A DNA stretch of 62,966 bases, filler included, from Octopus bimaculoides (lineage: Eukaryota), in assembly GCF_001194135.2 (NCBI RefSeq). It is 8 parts of 7 records of this genome, joined end to end, with 100 filler letters (N's around TTAATTAATTAA, not from the genome) between each part and the next. Parts side by side here need not be neighbours in the genome. Positions count along the whole stretch, not along the records: positions 1 to 8,795 come from NC_069008.1; positions 8,896 to 15,882 come from NW_026409316.1; 6 more parts are not named here. The stretch is one strand, 5' to 3'. The notes beneath the pieces are model-generated. The model saw nothing but the letters and a program-made list of their open reading frames with translations. It had not been told where the DNA came from and ran no database searches. The translations under genes and the position numbers were made by a program. Below, in pieces: positions 1 to 12,870 of the stretch (position 1 is its first letter; every line of letters starts with the position of its first letter).

Positions 1-312
1 GCTCGTGAAATTAACGTGCAAGTGGCTGAACACTCCACAGACACGTGTACCCTTAACGTAGTTCTCGGGGATATTCAGCGTGACACAGTGTGACAAGGTT
101 GGCCCCTTTGAATTACAGAAACAGGAAGAAAGAGTGAGAGAAAGTTGTGGTGAAAGAGTACAGGAGGGTTCGCCACTATCCCCTGCCAGAGCCTCGTGGA
201 ACTTTAGGTGTTTTCGCTCAATAAACACTCACAACGCCCGGTCTGGGAATCGAAACCGCGCTCCTATGACCGCGAGTCCGCTGCCCTAACCACTGGGCCA
301 TTGCACCGCCAC
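1..312 (-). mobile_element. tRNA-headed SINE, family A (3' end cut by window edge)
   Basis: Reverse complement starts GTGGCGGTGCAATGGCCCAGTGGTTAGG...GGTTTCGATTCCC (Pol III A/B boxes); body near-identical to copies at 8471, 50008, 52528, 55103. Confidence 0.9.
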
Positions 313-889
313 GGTTCTCGTGGTAATGTTACTATAAACATCACACGCCTCATGTTTAAGCAATGTTCTATTATAATATTTTAAAGGAATATATTAATTT
401 ATGCTTTCAAAATTAATGAGTGTGTATGTGGGGGTTCATCTTGCATGCGTCTGTAGAGACGTCGGTTTCGAAATGTTTATTGATATATGCTTTACTATGT
501 GTGGGTGTATGTATATCTTTGTATATGCGGGCATATGAATGTATATATATATACGTATGTGTAATAATCAGACAATATCTATTTCAAAAGAAAACTAGGC
601 TTTGTTTACCAGCTTCTTACCACACAGTCAGCGCTGCATTTACAAATATATCACCAGATGATAAGCAAATATTTAATAAACACTCCTAGTGCTTACAACG
701 AAGCGTTAACAAGAAATTATTTCAGCGACGTTATAAAGGGTGTGGGTCGAGTTCTAACAAGAGACATTAATTAAAAAACCAGGATTAAAATGGTGTAATT
801 CAACATACAGTGTAAATGTGTTTCCGAACATCAAAAAGTGGTTTCCAAGCTCTGAGATATTCACAATAACCCGCTTCTTCTAGAAGATA

Positions 890-1749
890 CGTTGTTTGAT
901 CAATAAGTATCCGGACTGTTGATGTAGTAACGAAGCTAAAGCATACAGAGTGAAGCCGCTTGACACAAATTGACCCTGGACTCTGCTGTGCATGTGCACT
1001 AAGTTTTAACGTTCCAGCTCACTTCTGCTGTTTACAGCAGTGCTTGGAAGGATGGTTTGTAGCGTGTTATCGTCGCATCGACCATGACAGAAAGTTGAGC
1101 AGAGAATCTGCATCAAATTTTGCCAAAACTTGGCGATACCTGCTCAGAAAGTTTTCATCATTCTCGACACAATCAAAGAGATCTTGTGCAACTGAAACTC
1201 AAGTATCTTTTTGGTCAGCTGAAAGCTGTTTTAGCACAAACTTGGCAGACACGCGTCTCATACCCAAATCTTCAGTGATAATGGACTGAACTGAACCGTA
1301 GCTAATCTGCACATCCTCTGATAACTCACGGATGGTTATTCGTCGATTTCCTCTCACATCTGCACGCATATCTATAATGTTTTTCGCAGTTCGTCTGGTT
1401 GCGGGTCTGTCAGAACGTTCGCCAATATCGACATTCTTTGGAAGCGTCTGAACCACTTGTACACTTCTGTGCCGCTCATACCCTCCTCTAGATGCACTTT
1501 CTGAAACTTTGCATAGGCCTCTGAGCAGGTATCGCCATGACAATTTTCTCTGTCATGGTCAATGCGACGATCACACGCTACGCATGTTACTTCCAAGCAC
1601 TGCTGTAAACAGTGGAAGTGAGCTAGAAGTTAAACTTTAGTGATCATGCACAGCAGAGTTCAAGGTCAATCTGTGCCAAGTGGCTTCACTCTGCGTGCTT
1701 TAGCTTCGTTACTATGGCAACAGTCTGGATACTTACTGGTCAGACCTCG
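890..1749 (-). mobile_element. Mariner-derived element with long inverted arms
   Basis: TA at 888-889 and 1750-1751; TIR-like ends; minus strand encodes mariner HTH region (VYKWFRRF...RRITIRELSEDVQISYGSVQSIITEDLGMRRVSAKFV). Confidence 0.9.
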
Positions 1750-2584
1750 TATAACGTTTTTAACAAGAATTCCGTTAAGGTAAGCGCTACTTGCTTAGGT
1801 AATAAAAGCTCACGAATTTTCAACAAAATGCCCAGAAATACTACGCAATCATCTTAACAGTAATGTAATTTTAGGAATATATTACATTGTCCACATACTA
1901 ATAAATGCTCATTGAAGTAGATGATACACGTAGACGTCGTAGAAGCTATTGATTGATCGGAAAAGACATCATAATTACCGTAAACTTGTTCAAAATTCTA
2001 TATACTCAACATACCTATACGTTCAAATGTAGGAGTAAGAAACACTAGATTTTACAGTCTTAATACATTTGGTATTTGCAAGACATAGGAAGCGATTAAC
2101 CACAATAACAACAAAATAATAACTAGAGTTGCTGAAATAATTTGCAGCTTGAATGACAATGGAAAGTAAAAACTACTGAATCTCCTAGTCAATATGTTGA
2201 ACAAGGGAAAAGAAACAAGAAGAAAATTAATGTTTAAATTATATATAATGATAGATATCACTTATATGAACCAAAGGTGTGTATTTGCCAATGTTTACAT
2301 CGGTATGCACGCTCTATAACAGTGTTTACAAAGGGATTTTTTTAGAAAAGAAAGAATAAAAAGCTACTTTTGAAATTATATCCTCTAACGTTTTTTTTAA
2401 AACAAACTTAATTAAATAAATTTTAAAACAAACTTAATTAAACATTTTTTTAAACAAACTTAATGCTTTCATTCACAATGTTGCTACGAAGTAGGTGGCG
2501 CGTCAAAATTTACTCTAAATTAAAACGAGATAGACAAAAAGATACATTTATAGATACACACATGGATGCATCTATATATATATA

Positions 2585-2849
2585 TACATGCATACATGTA
2601 TGCATACATACATACATACATACATACATACATACATACATTCATTCATACATACATACATTTATGCATGCATTCATACATGCATGCATGCATACAAACA
2701 TGCATGCATGTATACATACATACATTCATTCATACATGCATACATACACACATACATACATACATGCATACATAGATGCATATATAGATGCATACATACT
2801 TACATGCATACATACAGATATACTGAAATATGCATATATTCATGTATGT

Positions 2850-2890
<41 letters not shown>
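2585..2890. repeat. (CATA)n/(TA)n compound microsatellite
   Basis: Direct reading. Confidence 0.95.
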
Positions 2891-2896
<6 letters not shown>

Positions 2897-3224
2897 GATA
2901 TGATAGCGATAACTGATTTTCATGTTGGTGGAGATGGTTGTGGTGGTAGTTGCGGTGATGGTATGCTGATGTGGTAGCGATGATAGTGTTGGTGGTAGTT
3001 GAGATGGTGTTCTTGAGGACAATCGCATTCTTTTGTGTGAGGAGATAAAAAAAAAAGCAAGGTGTGTCAAGCCAGGTGTGAATGGAGCTGTGACGGTGTT
3101 CCATGGGGAGTGTAATGGGTCGTGGGGGGGGGGGCGTGGAGTGTGTGTCGTGTCTGTACAGAAGTGAGAGGTCAACGGTTAACGGGTTGAAAGCACCCAA
3201 TGTACCTGACAACTGAAGTTAATA

Positions 3225-3351
3225 AACACCACACACACACACACACACACACACTCATATGCCCGTGCACATACACATACAAATATGCACAAATATATAT
3301 ATAGATAGATACACATACATACATACATACATACATATATACAAGTGTCTT

Positions 3352-3389
<38 letters not shown>

Positions 3390-3511
3390 TCTCTTTCTCT
3401 TCCCCCTCCCCCACGTGCTTATATATATTTGTATTTATAGTTAATTGTACATACGTATTATATACATATATCAGTGTACATGTAATTGCATGTGCGCGTG
3501 TATACTGAAGA

Positions 3512-3577
<66 letters not shown>

Positions 3578-3600
3578 TGTGTGTGTGTGTGTGTATTAGA
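3225..3600. repeat. (CA)n, (CATA)n, (CT)n, (GA)n, (GT)n microsatellite cluster
   Basis: Direct reading. Confidence 0.95.
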
Positions 3601-3612
3601 TTCGTGCATAAT

Positions 3613-3755
3613 TATTGAGGCTTTTTTTCAATAAATTTTATTCAAAACGCCAAACAGAAATTGAAGTAGATGGTGAATATGCTCCGGAATAATCATTAAA
3701 GATGTTTCTGTTAAATGTTGTTACTGTTTTTGTTGAAAAAAATTTATTGAAAAAA
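3613..3755 (+). mobile_element. Mariner transposase 3' end fragment
   Basis: Plus frame KRQTEIEVDGEYAPE* resembles mariner C-termini; runs into gap. Confidence 0.6.
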
Positions 3756-4436
3756 NNNNNNNNNNNNNNNNNNNNNNNNNNNNNNNNNNNNNNNNNNNNN
3801 NNNNNNNNNNNNNNNNNNNNNNNNNNNNNNNNNNNNNNNNNNNNNNNNNNNNNNNNNNNNNNNNNNNNNNNNNNNNNNNNNNNNNNNNNNNNNNNNNNNN
3901 NNNNNNNNNNNNNNNNNNNNNNNNNNNNNNNNNNNNNNNNNNNNNNNNNNNNNNNNNNNNNNNNNNNNNNNNNNNNNNNNNNNNNNNNNNNNNNNNNNNN
4001 NNNNNNNNNNNNNNNNNNNNNNNNNNNNNNNNNNNNNNNNNNNNNNNNNNNNNNNNNNNNNNNNNNNNNNNNNNNNNNNNNNNNNNNNNNNNNNNNNNNN
4101 NNNNNNNNNNNNNNNNNNNNNNNNNNNNNNNNNNNNNNNNNNNNNNNNNNNNNNNNNNNNNNNNNNNNNNNNNNNNNNNNNNNNNNNNNNNNNNNNNNNN
4201 NNNNNNNNNNNNNNNNNNNNNNNNNNNNNNNNNNNNNNNNNNNNNNNNNNNNNNNNNNNNNNNNNNNNATATATATATATATATATACTCTAGAACAAAT
4301 GTATCTTTTTGTATCAAACATTTCGGAATATGTATTTATTGTGCAAAACATAGAAAACACGATGTTGTATCAATTCATTTTGGGATTACGGGAGCAATAA
4401 ATCAATGCGACTATATGTAAGTGTATGTGAAGGTTC

Positions 4437-4513
4437 ATGGCTTAATGGTTAGGGTCTTGCACTTACGATTACGAGATCGTGGTTTCGATCCCCAGACCGG
4501 GCGTTGCGTTGTG
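4437..4513 (+). mobile_element. Diverged family A-like SINE head
   Basis: TGGCTTAATGGTTAGG...GGTTTCGATCCCCAGACCGGGCGTTG. Confidence 0.75.
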
Positions 4514-4549
4514 TATATATATATATTCCTCCGTAGTCATTTAAGAAGC

Positions 4550-5175
4550 TGACAAATGAAAAGCCATTGTAAGAAAGTACATAACCCAGCTTTTGGCATA
4601 ACCAGCTCTTGCACAAATATCTTCCATCAATTAACATTAGAAGCAGTAGAATTCTTGATAGACAAATACCTACAGAGAATTCAGGAGAGATTTCTGAAAG
4701 AAGTTATACCTAACGGGTTCCGATCGGTGCTAGAATATAACTACTACTCCTTTGTTAACCAATATTACCTTCAAATACACGGCACGACAATGGGAACGAA
4801 GGTCGCGCCAACGTTTGCAGTACCAGTAACGAGATTCCTTGTATAAAAATATCTGCTCCTCGTCAGGAACTAATTTTGATCAGCATTCTATACATATGGA
4901 AAATGGTGATGGTTACTGTTGATTTTGAAAAGGACGTGAGAAAAACCTTACAAGCTTCTTAAAATGATAAATAACTTTCATGAATCGATCTAGTTCATTA
5001 CGGAAATGAATGAAAGAGAACTTCCTTTTTTTATCATGCTGATAATTAAAGAAAACTATTATTGACGGTCTCTACTGCAACGACACGGACACACACCAAT
5101 ATTTAAGTTCTAGATCTCACCACCCATCCATCTCACACAAAAAGGAACATCCTATTCAACATAGCGGTGTCCTAG
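4550..5175 (+). mobile_element. Penelope-like RT fragment, decayed
   Basis: YLQIHGTTMGTKVAPTFA motif, then frameshifted EMNERELPF and DTHQYL..RSHHP segments typical of PLE RT/thumb. Confidence 0.8.
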
Positions 5176-5385
5176 AACGGTACAGATAAAAGAAATAAAT
5201 ATAGACCTCGGGTTAATCAACACAGCCACCCTACACACACACATTCAGGCAAACATATAAATACACAGATACACATCTTAATACTTATGTCAACATGAGA
5301 TTAACCTGGTTACCATGGACACATGGATAATCTAAATGAGTGAAACTCGTGATTTAGTGTGTCTGTGCATGTTGGCATCTGCCGC

Positions 5386-5420
<35 letters not shown>

Positions 5421-6454
5421 ATGTATGTGTATATGCATGTATGTATATATGTATGTACGTACACACACACACACACAAACGCACACACATATTCTTATGT
5501 GCGTGTGTTTGTGTGTATACGCATGTGATAGCGTCAGTATACTTTAAAAAGCCTGTCGATTCTTGTCATCATTCTGTTTCTAATAAAACAGACGGAATGT
5601 CAGACAAAGATATAAGTATATTTGTATGTATGTATGCATGTATGTATGTATGAATGTATGCATGTGTGTGTGTGTGTGTGTATGTGTGTGTGTGTGTTTC
5701 TATTTTTGTATAATGTATGGAATGTGTGTATATATATATATANNNNNNNNNNNNNNNNNNNNNNNNNNNNNNNNNNNNNNNNNNNNNNNNNNNNNNNNNN
5801 NNNNNNNNNNNNNNNNNNNNNNNNNNNNNNNNNNNNNNNNNNNNNNNNNNNNNNNNNNNNNNNNNNNNNNNNNNNNNNNNNNNNNNNNNNNNNNNNNNNN
5901 NNNNNNNNNNNNNNNGCTACCACCGCCACCGACAACAACAATTATAGATAGCAAATCCAAAAATAAAGCTAAGCAAGTGTAGTTACACAGAAGAAAGATA
6001 TTTATTACGACCCAAATGAAGATATCATAAGAGAAATAACTTCATTAAAAACGTATTCTTGCAAGAATTCACAAACGAAAGAAACATTAATGTAGAGACA
6101 AGCAAGCATTTTAAGGTACGGTTCGGTAAAATGATGTTGTAGAAGTCACTGATGAGAACTCAATAAGGCTCAAAAATCGCTAAAGGCTTTCATTACAGTT
6201 TTGCAGTCTACGGAGAAATAATTAAATTTGTTCTGCTTATATATCTGCTGCATATGTTACATATATCATATCAAACCTTTAACAAGGCCTAGCGAGATTG
6301 AAAGGCGTCTGGCGTTTTCGCTAGCCGCTGGAGGGAACATTTTCGGCTCCTGGTATATATTGTGTTTTTAAACATAGTACGACCATAACAGATTTCATGT
6401 CTAGATGAAAACCGCAGTAAATTTGCCTTTTAACGATGTTTCTCTGTTAAGAAT

Positions 6455-6690
6455 GATAATCAGATGGCTGGACACCTATGTACATGATTAATCGCTGACC
6501 AAAACATTCAATTTTTTTCTCCGTGTTTTTCTCCTTGTTTTCTCCGTATTCTTTCTCTTGAAGAGCGTATCTCGAAACGTTAAAGACTTTCTGTATTCCC
6601 AAGCGTTAAACTAATACATCCTTTTGTTGTCTACACCACCTGTCCTCGTCTGTTGTTTTTTTCGTAAATTCTCCCATATATATATGAATA
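6455..6690 (+). mobile_element. Pyrimidine-rich PLE-tail-like repeat
   Basis: TTGAAGAG-CGTAT-CTC-GAAACGT followed by AAAGACTTTC..TTCC.AGCGT; related tract at 21505-21665. Confidence 0.5.
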
Positions 6691-7089
6691 TATATATGTA
6701 TATATTAATGTGTATGTATACAAACATATCTATCTCTACGTGTGTGAGTATGTGTGTGCGTGTATGCGTGCGTGTGAGTGTGTGCGTGTACGTGCACCTG
6801 TGTGTATATTTGTAAGTCCCCGCTTGACAGACGTAGTGTCGAGATAAAAATTCAGTTTTGTATTGTTTTCTCTCCTTCATTTGCATGACGTTTTTAATGC
6901 ATTATACACGCCCCCACCGCCTACATATGAAAATTTTAAGCAGTAAACGTCCACAAGAGATGTTAGCTCTGGACTAATACCACAGTAAATTTGCCTTTCA
7001 ACGATGTACTTAAAACGAAGTATGATACGTAAATACTGGTTTTAATTTAATTACGCTTCTGTAGCATATAATGGATATATATGTACATT

Positions 7090-8380
7090 CGAGGGGGTAC
7101 CCAAAAGTAACCGGAAACGTTCTCCGTGGGATTAGCCCGTTGTAGTTCGGGCTTCCACCGCTAGAAGCCACTCAGTTCAACCCTCAGGTATCAGTATGCC
7201 GACCGGTGTCGTCACCTGATGTACTGTCACGTGGTGCCTATTTGTTTTGTAGTGCTTCTCCCCAATTCGTCGATTTTTGCGATGGCTGAAACGAAGGAAC
7301 AGCGTGTTTCCGTAACATTCTGTTTTCTACTGGGGTAAACGGCGGCCGAAACAGTTGTCCTGCTTCAAACAGCTCACAAAGACGCTGTCGTGTGCAAAAC
7401 ACAAGTTTATGAGTGGCTTTCACGCTTTCGGAATGATCACTTGTCGCTGGGACACCAACCTCTTTCAGGGTCACCGTCGACCTCCTGAACGAATGAAAAT
7501 ATCACCGAATAATTCACGAACCTGTTGATATGACTCTTGTGTGTCCTGGAGCTCCTGCCAACGAATTCTTAGCGAGGAAGCGCGAATGAAAAGAGATGGA
7601 GCGAAATTTGTGCCTCACTTGCCCACGGAAGATAAAAGCAGTCACGCTGAATGCTTGTCGTGAACTGAAAGAACAACTGGAAGATGATCCTGACCTTTTT
7701 ACGAAGGTCACCACTGGTGATGAAAGCTGGTGTTACAGAATTTGAAGATGTGGAAATAGGCCAGGAGTGGCTGTGTGGTAAGTAGCTTACTTACCAGCCA
7801 CATGGTTCCGGGTTCAGTCCCACTGCGTGGCACCTTGGGCAAGTGTCTTCTACTGTAGCCTCGGGCTGACCAAAGCCTTGTGAGTGGATTTGGTAGACAG
7901 AAACTGAAAGAAGCCTGTCGTATATATGTATATATATATATATGTATGTGTGTGTATATGTTTGTGTGTCTGTATTTGTACCCCCCAACATCGCTTGACA
8001 ACCGATGGTGGTGTGTTTACGTCCCCGTAACTTAGCGGTTCGGCAAAAGAGACCGATAGAATAAATACTAGGCTTACAAAAGAATAAGTCCCGGGGTCGA
8101 TTTGCTCGACTAAAGGCGGTGCTCCAGCATGGCCACAGTCAAATGACTGAAACAAGTAAAAGAGTAAAAGAGTAAAAAAAAACAAAACAAAAACGATGGT
8201 GGCGTTCAAAGGCATCACTTCGCAAGAGTTCCAGGACTGCTTCAAACAGTGCAAAACGCGTCTGGACCGATGCATTACTTCAAACAGAGAATGCTTTCAA
8301 GGCGATAAAAGTACAAAAATGTAAAATTAAGTGAATAAAATAGCGATTGCAAAATTCCTGTTTCTTTTGTGTACCCTTCG
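7090..8380 (+). mobile_element. Internally deleted mariner interrupted by a SINE
   Basis: TIRs CGAGGGGGTACCCAAAAGTAACCGGAA (7090) and inverse at 8354-8380 + TA; MAETKEQRVSVTFCF..VYEWLSRF, AKFVPHL, KVTTGDESWCY, C-terminal FQDCFKQCKTRLDRCI. Confidence 0.9.
7758..8175 (+). mobile_element. tRNA-headed SINE, family B (internal TA/TG tract)
   Basis: TGGCTGTGTGGT A box, GGTTCAGTCCC B box; GTAAAAGA-repeat tail; many copies in window. Confidence 0.9.
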
Positions 8381-8470
8381 TATATAAATTCATACATATG
8401 TACAGACGAATGCGGACATCAGTATGTATATACAAAAATAGAAATTTGAACTCACGTTATCACTGTGTGT

Positions 8471-8795
8471 GTTGGCACTCCGTCGCTTATGACGTCGAGG
8501 GTGCCAGTTGATCCGATCAACGGAACAGCCTGCTAGTGAAATTAACATGCAAGTGGCTGAGCACTCCACAGACACGTGTACCCTTAACATAGTTCTCGGG
8601 GGATATTCAGCGTGACACACAGTGTAACAAGGCTGACCCTTTGAATTACAGGCACAACAGAAACAGGAAGTAAGAGAAAGTTGTGGTGGAAGAGTACAGC
8701 AGGGTTCGCCACCATCCCCTGTCGGAGCCTTGTGGAGCTTTAGGTGTTTTCGCTCAATAAACACTCACAACGCCCGGTCTGGGAATCGAAACCGC
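8471..8795 (-). mobile_element. SINE family A
   Basis: Near-identical to 52528-52907; head lost in gap. Confidence 0.9.
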
Positions 8796-8945
8796 NNNNN
8801 NNNNNNNNNNNNNNNNNNNNNNNNNNNNNNNNNNNNNNNTTAATTAATTAANNNNNNNNNNNNNNNNNNNNNNNNNNNNNNNNNNNNNNNNNNNNTAGTA
8901 GTAGTAGTAGTAGTATTACTATTATTTTTATCATTATTATTATTG

Positions 8946-9390
8946 ATTGAGAGAGCAGTGCATGCCATGAAAGTAACACTGGGGTAAAATATTCGAAGCC
9001 CAGTATACCCATCATGACTACCCGTCTGATATGGGTACACCAGGCACATGCATCACAACCATGTGTGCGCGACATGGTGATCTCATATCAAGATAAACAG
9101 CGCATGACCTCGCAGGTGGGGCCCAGTTAGAATTTTCTTCAGGTCGAGTAGCCCATCCCGCTCAAAAGGTCCCTGAATAAGGTTTGCTTAAGGATGTTGA
9201 GCAAAACACCCATGTTTCCAAAGGTCCCTGAATAAGGATGATGAACGAGGTGAATTATACAAACACCAAAGAATCCATCTCAACACATGGTTGTCACGCT
9301 TCCCCTTCCACTACTTCTGCTCGTGATCAAAGATGCACATATTGCCAGCCACTAAGGAACATGCTCATCTGATTAAGGTCAAACAACTGA
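8946..9390 (-). mobile_element. Interspersed repeat family D with (AAT)n 3' tail, truncated
   Basis: Clearly homologous to 10018-10578; abuts (AAT/ACT)n tract. Confidence 0.8.
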
Positions 9391-9513
9391 GGTCGACTTT
9401 GCCTTTCATCTTTTATGGGTCGATTAATTAAGTACAAGCTGAGAGTACTGGGGCCGATATAATCGACTATCCCTCTCCCCTAAATTCCAAACCTTGTGCC
9501 TATAGTAGAAAGG

Positions 9514-9664
<151 letters not shown>

Positions 9665-9822
9665 CGGCGAGATCGACAGTGACTTTCATCCTTTCGGCGT
9701 CGAAGTGCTAGTGAAACACTGGGGTCGATGTAAGCGACTAGTCTCCTCCCATTAAATTTCAGGCCCTTGTGCGTTCAGTTGAAAGGATTATTGTTGTTGT
9801 TGTTGTTGTTGTTGTTGTTATT

Positions 9823-9975
9823 GGCGAGCTGGCAGAATCGTTAGCACGCCGGGCGAAATGCTTAGTGGTATTTCGTCTGCTGCTACGTTCAAATTCTGCC
9901 GAAGTCGACTTTGCATTTCTAATCGACTGGCCCCCTTCCCCAAAAATTTCAGGCCTTGTGCCTATAATAGAAAGG

Positions 9976-9977
<2 letters not shown>
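9823..9977 (+). mobile_element. tRNA-headed SINE, family C
   Basis: GGCGAGCTGGCAGAATCGTTAGCACGCCGGGCGAAATG...GTTCAAATTC; copies at 12098, 53294, 58881, 59112. Confidence 0.85.
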
Positions 9978-10017
<40 letters not shown>

Positions 10018-10020
<3 letters not shown>

Positions 10021-10578
10021 GAGTGTGAGAGCAATGCATGCCATCAAAGTGACACTGGGGTACAAACATACCAAATCCAATATGCCCATCACGTTTGCTC
10101 GTTTGATAACGGTAGACCAGGCATATGCACCACAACCATATGTGCGCGATATAGAGATCTCATATCTAGATAAACAGCGCATGACTTTGCAGGTGGGGGC
10201 CCAGTTGTAATTTTCTTCAGATCGAGTAGCCCATCCCGCTCAAAAGGTTCTTGAATGAGGTTTATTTAAGGATGTTGAACGAAACACTCATGTTTCCCAA
10301 GGCGAATTATTCAAACCCCAAAGAATTCTTCTCAACACATGGCTATGATGCTCCCCCATTACTTCTGCCCATGATCAGAGATGTACATATCGTCAGCCAC
10401 CAAGGGACATGCTCAACTGGTTAAGGTCAAAGAACTGACAAAGTAAATCTGTGGTATTGAGCAGAATATTTGCTATAGCTCATCTTTAATACAAAAACAA
10501 AACAATGTACATGATAACTCTTCCAATCAGTTAAGATCAGAAGCCATTTTAAAGCAGTGCCTGTTACTGCATCATGGC
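10018..10578 (-). mobile_element. Interspersed repeat family D, longer copy
   Basis: Homologous to 8946-9390; (AAT)n at minus-strand 3' end. Confidence 0.8.
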
Positions 10579-10809
10579 ATTTATTATTATTATTATTGTT
10601 GTTATTATTTAGGCGATGAGCTGGCAGAATTGTTAGCGCGACGAACNNNNNNNNNNNNNNNNNNNNNNNNNNNNNNNNNNNNNNNNNNNNNNNNNNNNNN
10701 NNNNNNNNNNNNNNNNNNNNNNNNNNNNNNNNNNNNNNNNNNNNNNNNNNNNNTATATATATATATATATATTACGTATGTACATACGTTTATGTATCTT
10801 TAATCTCTT

Positions 10810-10975
10810 TTGCTTGTTTCATTGATTAGACTGCGGCCATGCTGGGGCACAGCCTTGAAGAAGTTTAGTCGAATGAATTGACTAAACTTTTTTATTTATT
10901 TATTTATTGCCAGTGGGACTGAACCTGGATCCATGTGGTTGGGAATCAAACTTCTTACCACACACCCACGCCAGT
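10810..10975 (-). mobile_element. SINE family B, internally deleted
   Basis: Tail segment joined to head segment GGACTGAACC..CTTACCACAC. Confidence 0.75.
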
Positions 10976-11082
10976 TATATGTACTCGTATGTGTCTGTGT
11001 GAGCGCGCGCACGCGCGTGTGTATTGATAGGTACACACGTACATATGTAATACCTATATGTATATGTGTGTGCGTGCATGTG

Positions 11083-11148
<66 letters not shown>

Positions 11149-11519
11149 TATGTGTATGTGTGTAAATGTATATTAATGTGTATATAGTTGTTTATGTGTC
11201 GATAAGTTGATATCTATATCATTACTTTATTCGCTCCATAACAAACCTAAAGTACAAAAGCCACCACTGTTCACAAAAGGAACTCCATACCTTGTAACTA
11301 ATCGTGTATTTGAATTTAATTCTTTCATCGTATTTACTGACTAACTCAACAGAAATGACGTTTTGTTTAGCCAAACATATCGTATTTTCAACAGGCACTG
11401 ATGAACATAGCTAAACAGAGATCGCCGAACGTAAACAGTAACTATATATCTAAACTTTGAATGCGATTCGATACAAATCATATGAAAACTATCTTTTATC
11501 GTTAGCTTGTCCTTGAATT

Positions 11520-11865
11520 GTGACCATGGTGGGGCACTGCTTTGGATGGATTTAAAAAGAAAATAGCCAGCACTTATTATATCGGTCTCTTTATCTCGAA
11601 ACCGCTTGACTGCGGGAACGTAAACCAACCTACACCCGTTGTCAAGTGGTGGTTGGGGACAAACAAACACAAAGACACATTCACACTCACACACACACAC
11701 GTTTGCATAAATGTATATATGACGAGCTTCTTTTAGTTTCCGTCTACCAAATTCCGCCCAGGACTATAGTAAAAGACACTTGCCCAGGGTGCCACAAAAA
11801 GGGACTGAACCCGGAACCATGGTAGTTCGGAAACAAGCTTCTTTCACTACGACCATACGTGCGTC
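11520..11865 (-). mobile_element. SINE family B
   Basis: Reverse-complement match to 7758-8175. Confidence 0.8.
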
Positions 11866-11998
11866 TATATCTCAATAAAAAAAATCATATAAAATGAAAT
11901 GATATAAAAAAAAGAAAGGTAACACATTTTTTAATATACTAAGAGGCAAACCATTAAAAATTGATTAAATGAGAACAGATATGAAAAGGAGGTCATTA

Positions 11999-12639
11999 CG
12001 AAGGTGTGCTGAAAAGTTCCTGGCTTTGGGTAAAAGAAAATACAGGAGGATCAGTTAATTATGATTCTATATGATATATCCTCGCTCAAGAACGGCCACC
12101 TGGCAGAAATGTTAGCACGCCGGGCGAAATGCTTAGCGGTATTTCATCTGCCGCTTCGGTCTGAGTTCAAATTCGGCCGAGGTCGACTTTGCCTTTCATC
12201 CTTTTGGGGTCTGAGGTCGATATAATCGACTTAATCCGTTTGTCTGCCTTTGTTTGTCCCCTCTGTGTGTAGCCCCTAGTGGGCAGTGAAGAAATAAGAA
12301 ACGTTAGCACGCCGGGCGAAATGCTTAGCGGCATTTCGTCTGTCTTTACGTTCTGAGTTCAAATTCCGCCGTGGTCGACTTTGCTTTTCATTCCTTTTGG
12401 GGTCGATGAATTAAATATCAGTTGCGTACTGCGGTCGATCTAATCGACTGGCCCCGTCCCCAAAAGTTTCGGGCCTTGTGCCTAGTGTAGAAAAGAATAT
12501 ATCCCCGTTCAGATTCACACACTTATTGCAGCGGTCCATCAGTTTTTTTCTAAGACCTGTGAAAGAACTTGGAAGGTTGTGCCTCCAACCAGGCCTTTCA
12601 CGACACCTTAACAGCCGGGCATCTCTCAGCACCCCCTCA
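11999..12639 (-). mobile_element. Mariner-derived MITE carrying nested family C SINEs
   Basis: TA-flanked TIRs CGAAGGTGTGCTGAAAAGTTCCTGGCT and inverse at 12613-12639; minus strand KLMDRCNKCVNLNGD mariner C-terminus. Confidence 0.8.
12098..12495 (+). mobile_element. Two tandem family C SINE copies
   Basis: GTTAGCACGCCGGGCGAAATGCTTAGCGG occurs at ~12110 and ~12303. Confidence 0.85.
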
Positions 12640-12654
12640 TATATCTGAATGTTG

Positions 12655-12870
12655 AAGGCATGGTGGTAGAATCGCTTACGCGTCGAACAAAATGCTTAGC
12701 AGCATTTCTTCCGTCACTCTACTTTCTAATTTCAAATAACCCTGAGGTCAACTTTGCCCTTCATCCTTTTTTTGGGGTGGGGTGATAGGATAAAGTACCC
12801 ATTGAACATTGGAGTCCGTGCAACTGACTGACCTTACTTCCCAGTAAAAGTTGCTGGCCTTGTGGAAAAT
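12655..12870 (+). mobile_element. Diverged family C SINE
   Basis: AAATGCTTAGC...GGTCAACTTTGCCCTTCATCCTTT. Confidence 0.7.

Noticed and set aside
3638-3760. Minus-strand apparent last exon NIFNDYSGAYSPSTSISVWRFE*
   Set aside because: Better explained as the antisense of a mariner 3' end on the plus strand
8840-8851. TTAATTAATTAA inside N runs, also near 15927, 21709, 28007, 47835, 54092, 60911, at roughly 6-7 kb steps
   Set aside because: Always embedded in Ns and is a six-frame stop linker; assembly spacer, not biology
10430-10580. Patchy resemblance of family D to U2 snRNA segments
   Set aside because: Short, gapped matches, wrong spacing, no Sm site or stem-loop IIa pairing
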